Positions 62,062-64,000 of a stretch of 64,000 nt of DNA are shown here, in pieces. The position numbers were made by a program, and so were the translations under genes. The stretch spans positions 3,528,768-3,592,767 of the forward strand of contig CAJINV010000009.1 in NCBI GenBank assembly GCA_905178155.1, in the 5' to 3' direction. Position 1 is the first letter of the stretch; each line of letters opens with the position of its first letter. The DNA is from Amoebophrya sp. A120. Lineage: Eukaryota; Protista; Dinoflagellata. Below the pieces are notes generated by a model. That model was not told the DNA's origin, did no database searches, and worked only from the letters and a program-made list of their open reading frames with translations.

Positions 62062-64000
62062 ATGAATCTCATTTCGACCGGCCGCGACAGCGGCCTGATG
62101 CTGCGCCGCCGGTCTTCCTCCCAGATGGCCGAGCAGGCGAGCATGGGAGTGACGCCAAAGCACATTTTCGACCAACTCGCTTCCGGTGCCGGAAACTCCG
62201 GGAGCTTCTTGTTGGACAACATGAATTTGAAGCGGAAAATCCACGTTCTGCTCGAGAATCGATGTACTTTTACCATGCTCTAGTACACGTGCAGCATGAC
62301 GTCTCTCTTGGTCTCACGGCTCCATATCACATGCAGGACAAACCCAGCATCTTATGCATAATGTGCAATATCAATTTTAAATGGGAAAACGAAAATCAAA
62401 ATCATAACAGCCGTTACCCACTTCATTCACCTGTCCATCTGTCTTTCCATTCTCTGCGTCATCTTCGAGACCCTATCCAGGAAAAAACACCCATCCCCAT
62501 CCATTTTTTGCATGACAAATAGTGGATTTTATGCATGTTTTGCATGACAAATTGGATGGGGATGGGTGTTTTTTCCTGGATAGACCCATTGGCGCTCCTA
62601 CGAGGAATTTTGGAACGTGATGGAGATCTATTTCACGACGATTTTCACGATCGAATTTGGTCTCCGATGGTACGCCTACATCCCCATCGAGAAAATGATG
62701 GTCAACGCCCGCTGGAGCTGCAGAACTCCTACTTCGGACGATGAAAACGCGTACCTTTCTCCGTATTACAGGAGAGCCGGGCGGTTTGACTTCCTGACGA
62801 GGTCCTGGCTGAATCTGCTGGATTTCTTCAGCATTTTACCGCTGTATCTGTCGGCGGTGTTTTCCCTGCTGGACCTGGTTTTGTCGGACGAAAACAACAG
62901 TGACGATAATTCCTCGACCACTTCAAATTCCTCATCTTCCAACGAGCAGCACGCGATGGACGTTATCAATGCTCTCCGGGTGTTGCGGATCTTTCGGTTG
63001 ATGAAGATTTTGCGGAATTTGAACCCCTCCGGGTTTTACCTAATGTACCAAACCTTGAAGCGGAGCTACACCGGGATCTCGATCTTGGCGTTTTTCCTCT
63101 CGGTGTTTCTGTGTCTCTTCTCCTCTGTCATGTACTACGCGGAGATGCAGGAGTGTCCGAGTAAGGGGCTGCTTTTGAAGGATTTCCGGTACGAGTTTGA
63201 AGGGACCACAACAGCAAGTGCTATTGCCGGCGGTGCGACAATATTAAGCAGCACGTCAACCGAACAAGAGATCCTGGCCGAATACCGCGAAGCGTGCGCA
63301 GCCTCTACTTCCGGATTTACGAAGAATCTGCCCTTCCTCTACCCGGGGCGAAATCCACTGATGTTCCAAACAACATCTGCCCAAGCTGTCACTACTATCG
63401 TGCCTGTAGGTGCTGGTGGTACTGTAGTACAGCATCAAATCAGCGCAGCTTCCTCGGGTAGTACGGGTTCCATCAACGCCTTCGAGCACGACATGAGCAA
63501 GGCCTACCTCTGTTGCGATTTGCAGCAGGGGCACGAGGCGTCGGAGAATTTTCCCTCGGTTCTCGCCGCAGCGTGGTGGGCGGTGTATCAAATGCAAAGA
63601 TGTCTGGGTCTGGAAGGTTGCAAGACTTGTCATGCAGATCTTCCATGACCCATAACGCCAGCAATGCATGACGTAGCATCACAGACTTTCAGACGGCTTC
63701 CTGATGCCTACTCCGCATGAGAAATGGCCTGTTCCCATGGCGCAGACTGGACTTCTCTTGCTGGTCATGCAATACAGATTTGCTTAGAGTCCAGAGATTG
63801 CATGACAAGTTGCAAAATTCCAGACCCAGACATATTTGCAATGCATACGGTGGTCACGATGACGACGGTCGGGTACGGGGATTACGTCCCTGTGACTTTT
63901 TTCGGCAAGGTGGTCGGGATGATCACCATGTTGAGCTACGCAATGGAAAACTATCGCACTTTGGTAGAAAAAATAGCATCACAAATAATTATTTTGGCAA
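62062..64000 (+). CDS. Voltage-gated potassium channel (Kv-like), 3'-partial
   Basis: S2 FTIEFGLR, S3 NLLDFFSILP, S4 LRVLRIFRLMKILR, S5, and pore AAWWAVVTMTTVGYGD after removing element 63586-63847. 5' exons uncertain. Confidence 0.92.
62474..62582. mobile_element. Introner family F
   Basis: Near-perfect long hairpin; TSD GACCC. Confidence 0.93.
63586..63847. mobile_element. Introner family A inside the K+ channel pore helix
   Basis: Family A TIRs; TSD CGGTG. Confidence 0.94.
63937..64000. mobile_element. Introner, B-like, truncated by window edge
   Basis: TACGCAATGGAAAACTATCGCACT... followed by GCATCACAA; interrupts S6. Confidence 0.6.

Noticed and set aside
471-63847. Recurring peptides such as KCKNVWVWK, FQTQTFLHLI, MSGSGR, LPDPDIFA and YECDTFA as a protein family
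   Set aside because: They are translations of introner TIRs in different frames, not coding sequence.
1-63847. Host genes are pseudogenes disrupted by MITEs
   Set aside because: After removing each element plus 5 nt I found no residual stops or frameshifts at the junctions I traced, and the key motifs of Rab, the K+ channel and the SPX-EXS protein are intact.
1-64000. rRNA, tRNA or snRNA genes
   Set aside because: None recognised by eye. A tRNAscan/Infernal run would be needed to exclude them.

Overview
Eukaryotic, alveolate-like genomic DNA. The gene content, the one-strand gene order and the intron architecture fit the parasitic dinoflagellate Amoebophrya (Syndiniales); this is an inference, not a database result. 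I reconstructed 13 protein-coding genes by hand, all on the + strand: a hypothetical protein, a secreted Lys/Ala-rich protein, an FAD-dependent oxidoreductase, a Rab5-family GTPase, an APC13-like protein, an FN3+ILEI protein, an F-box-like/ankyrin protein, a TSP1+vWA adhesin, a small hypothetical protein, a Kelch-RING protein, an SPX-EXS (XPR1/PHO1-like) protein, a degenerate S1/P1-nuclease-like protein and a Kv-type K+ channel. The dominant feature is 55 short (about 110-320 bp) MITE-like 'introner' insertions (53 complete) in about 13 sequence families. They have TAT...ATA termini, terminal inverted repeats (TIRs) and a 5-bp target-site duplication (TSD; perfect in 41 of 53). 54 of the 55 interrupt coding sequence. 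Deleting the element plus one TSD copy restores the reading frame, mostly without GT-AG ends and in either orientation. The families share one internal motif, GCATNACAA/TTGTNATGC, which also occurs in most GT-AG introns of the window, and most of those introns begin GTAT. This suggests one shared recognition code and a route from introner to canonical intron. Intergenic DNA holds a 5.6-kb element bounded by TAT...ATA with a 39-bp palindromic array, and non-coding cassettes flanked by long direct repeats (47, 41 and 30 bp), two of them stacked at one site. Coordinates and counts are by hand and may be off by a base or two.
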